A stretch of 64,000 nucleotides of DNA from the human T2T-CHM13v2.0 reference genome, Homo sapiens, in NCBI RefSeq assembly GCF_009914755.1, contig NC_060941.1; one strand, given 5' to 3'. Of the stretch, positions 61,408 to 64,000 are shown piece after piece. The number at the start of each line of letters is the position of its first letter. The stretch's first letter is position 1. The translations under genes were made by a program, and so were the position numbers. The notes below the pieces were generated by a model. That model worked only from the letters and a program-made list of their open reading frames with translations, searched no databases and had not been told where the DNA came from.

Positions 61408-62326
<919 letters not shown>

Positions 62327-62329
62327 GTT

Positions 62330-64000
<1,671 letters not shown>

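Overview
This is human genomic DNA. Gene content identifies it as 17q21.2, which from recall lies between JUP (off the left end) and KLHL11 exon 1/ACLY (off the right end). It is very Alu-rich and GC-rich on the left, with AT-rich unique sequence from about 49 kb. Four spliced protein-coding genes can be rebuilt completely from GT-AG junctions, each giving the protein length I recall: P3H4/SC65 (minus, 8 coding exons, 437 aa), FKBP10/FKBP65 (plus, 10 exons, 582 aa), NT5C3B (minus, 9 exons, 300 aa) and KLHL10 (plus, 5 coding exons, 608 aa). The large terminal exon of KLHL11 (minus) is also present. P3H4/FKBP10 and NT5C3B/KLHL10 are head-to-head pairs at CpG islands. FKBP10/NT5C3B and KLHL10/KLHL11 are tail-to-tail. 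Most short ORFs in the supplied track are Alu or GC-rich artefacts. I see no new gene family or operon-like system. The best leads are regulatory or structural: (1) an in-frame, stop-free last intron of FKBP10; (2) a modular 336-nt exon-pair architecture in FKBP10; (3) a 110-bp unique segment copied into an Alu; (4) a candidate TDP-43-type poison exon; (5) a transposon-remodelled P3H4 3' end next to a full two-module CTCF site; (6) 5' splice sites regenerated at NT5C3B exon junctions; (7) a roughly 5.2-kb KLHL11 3'UTR with inverted Alus and clustered miRNA sites that abuts the KLHL10 poly(A) site. Repeat family names and gene identities come from recall and were not checked against a database.
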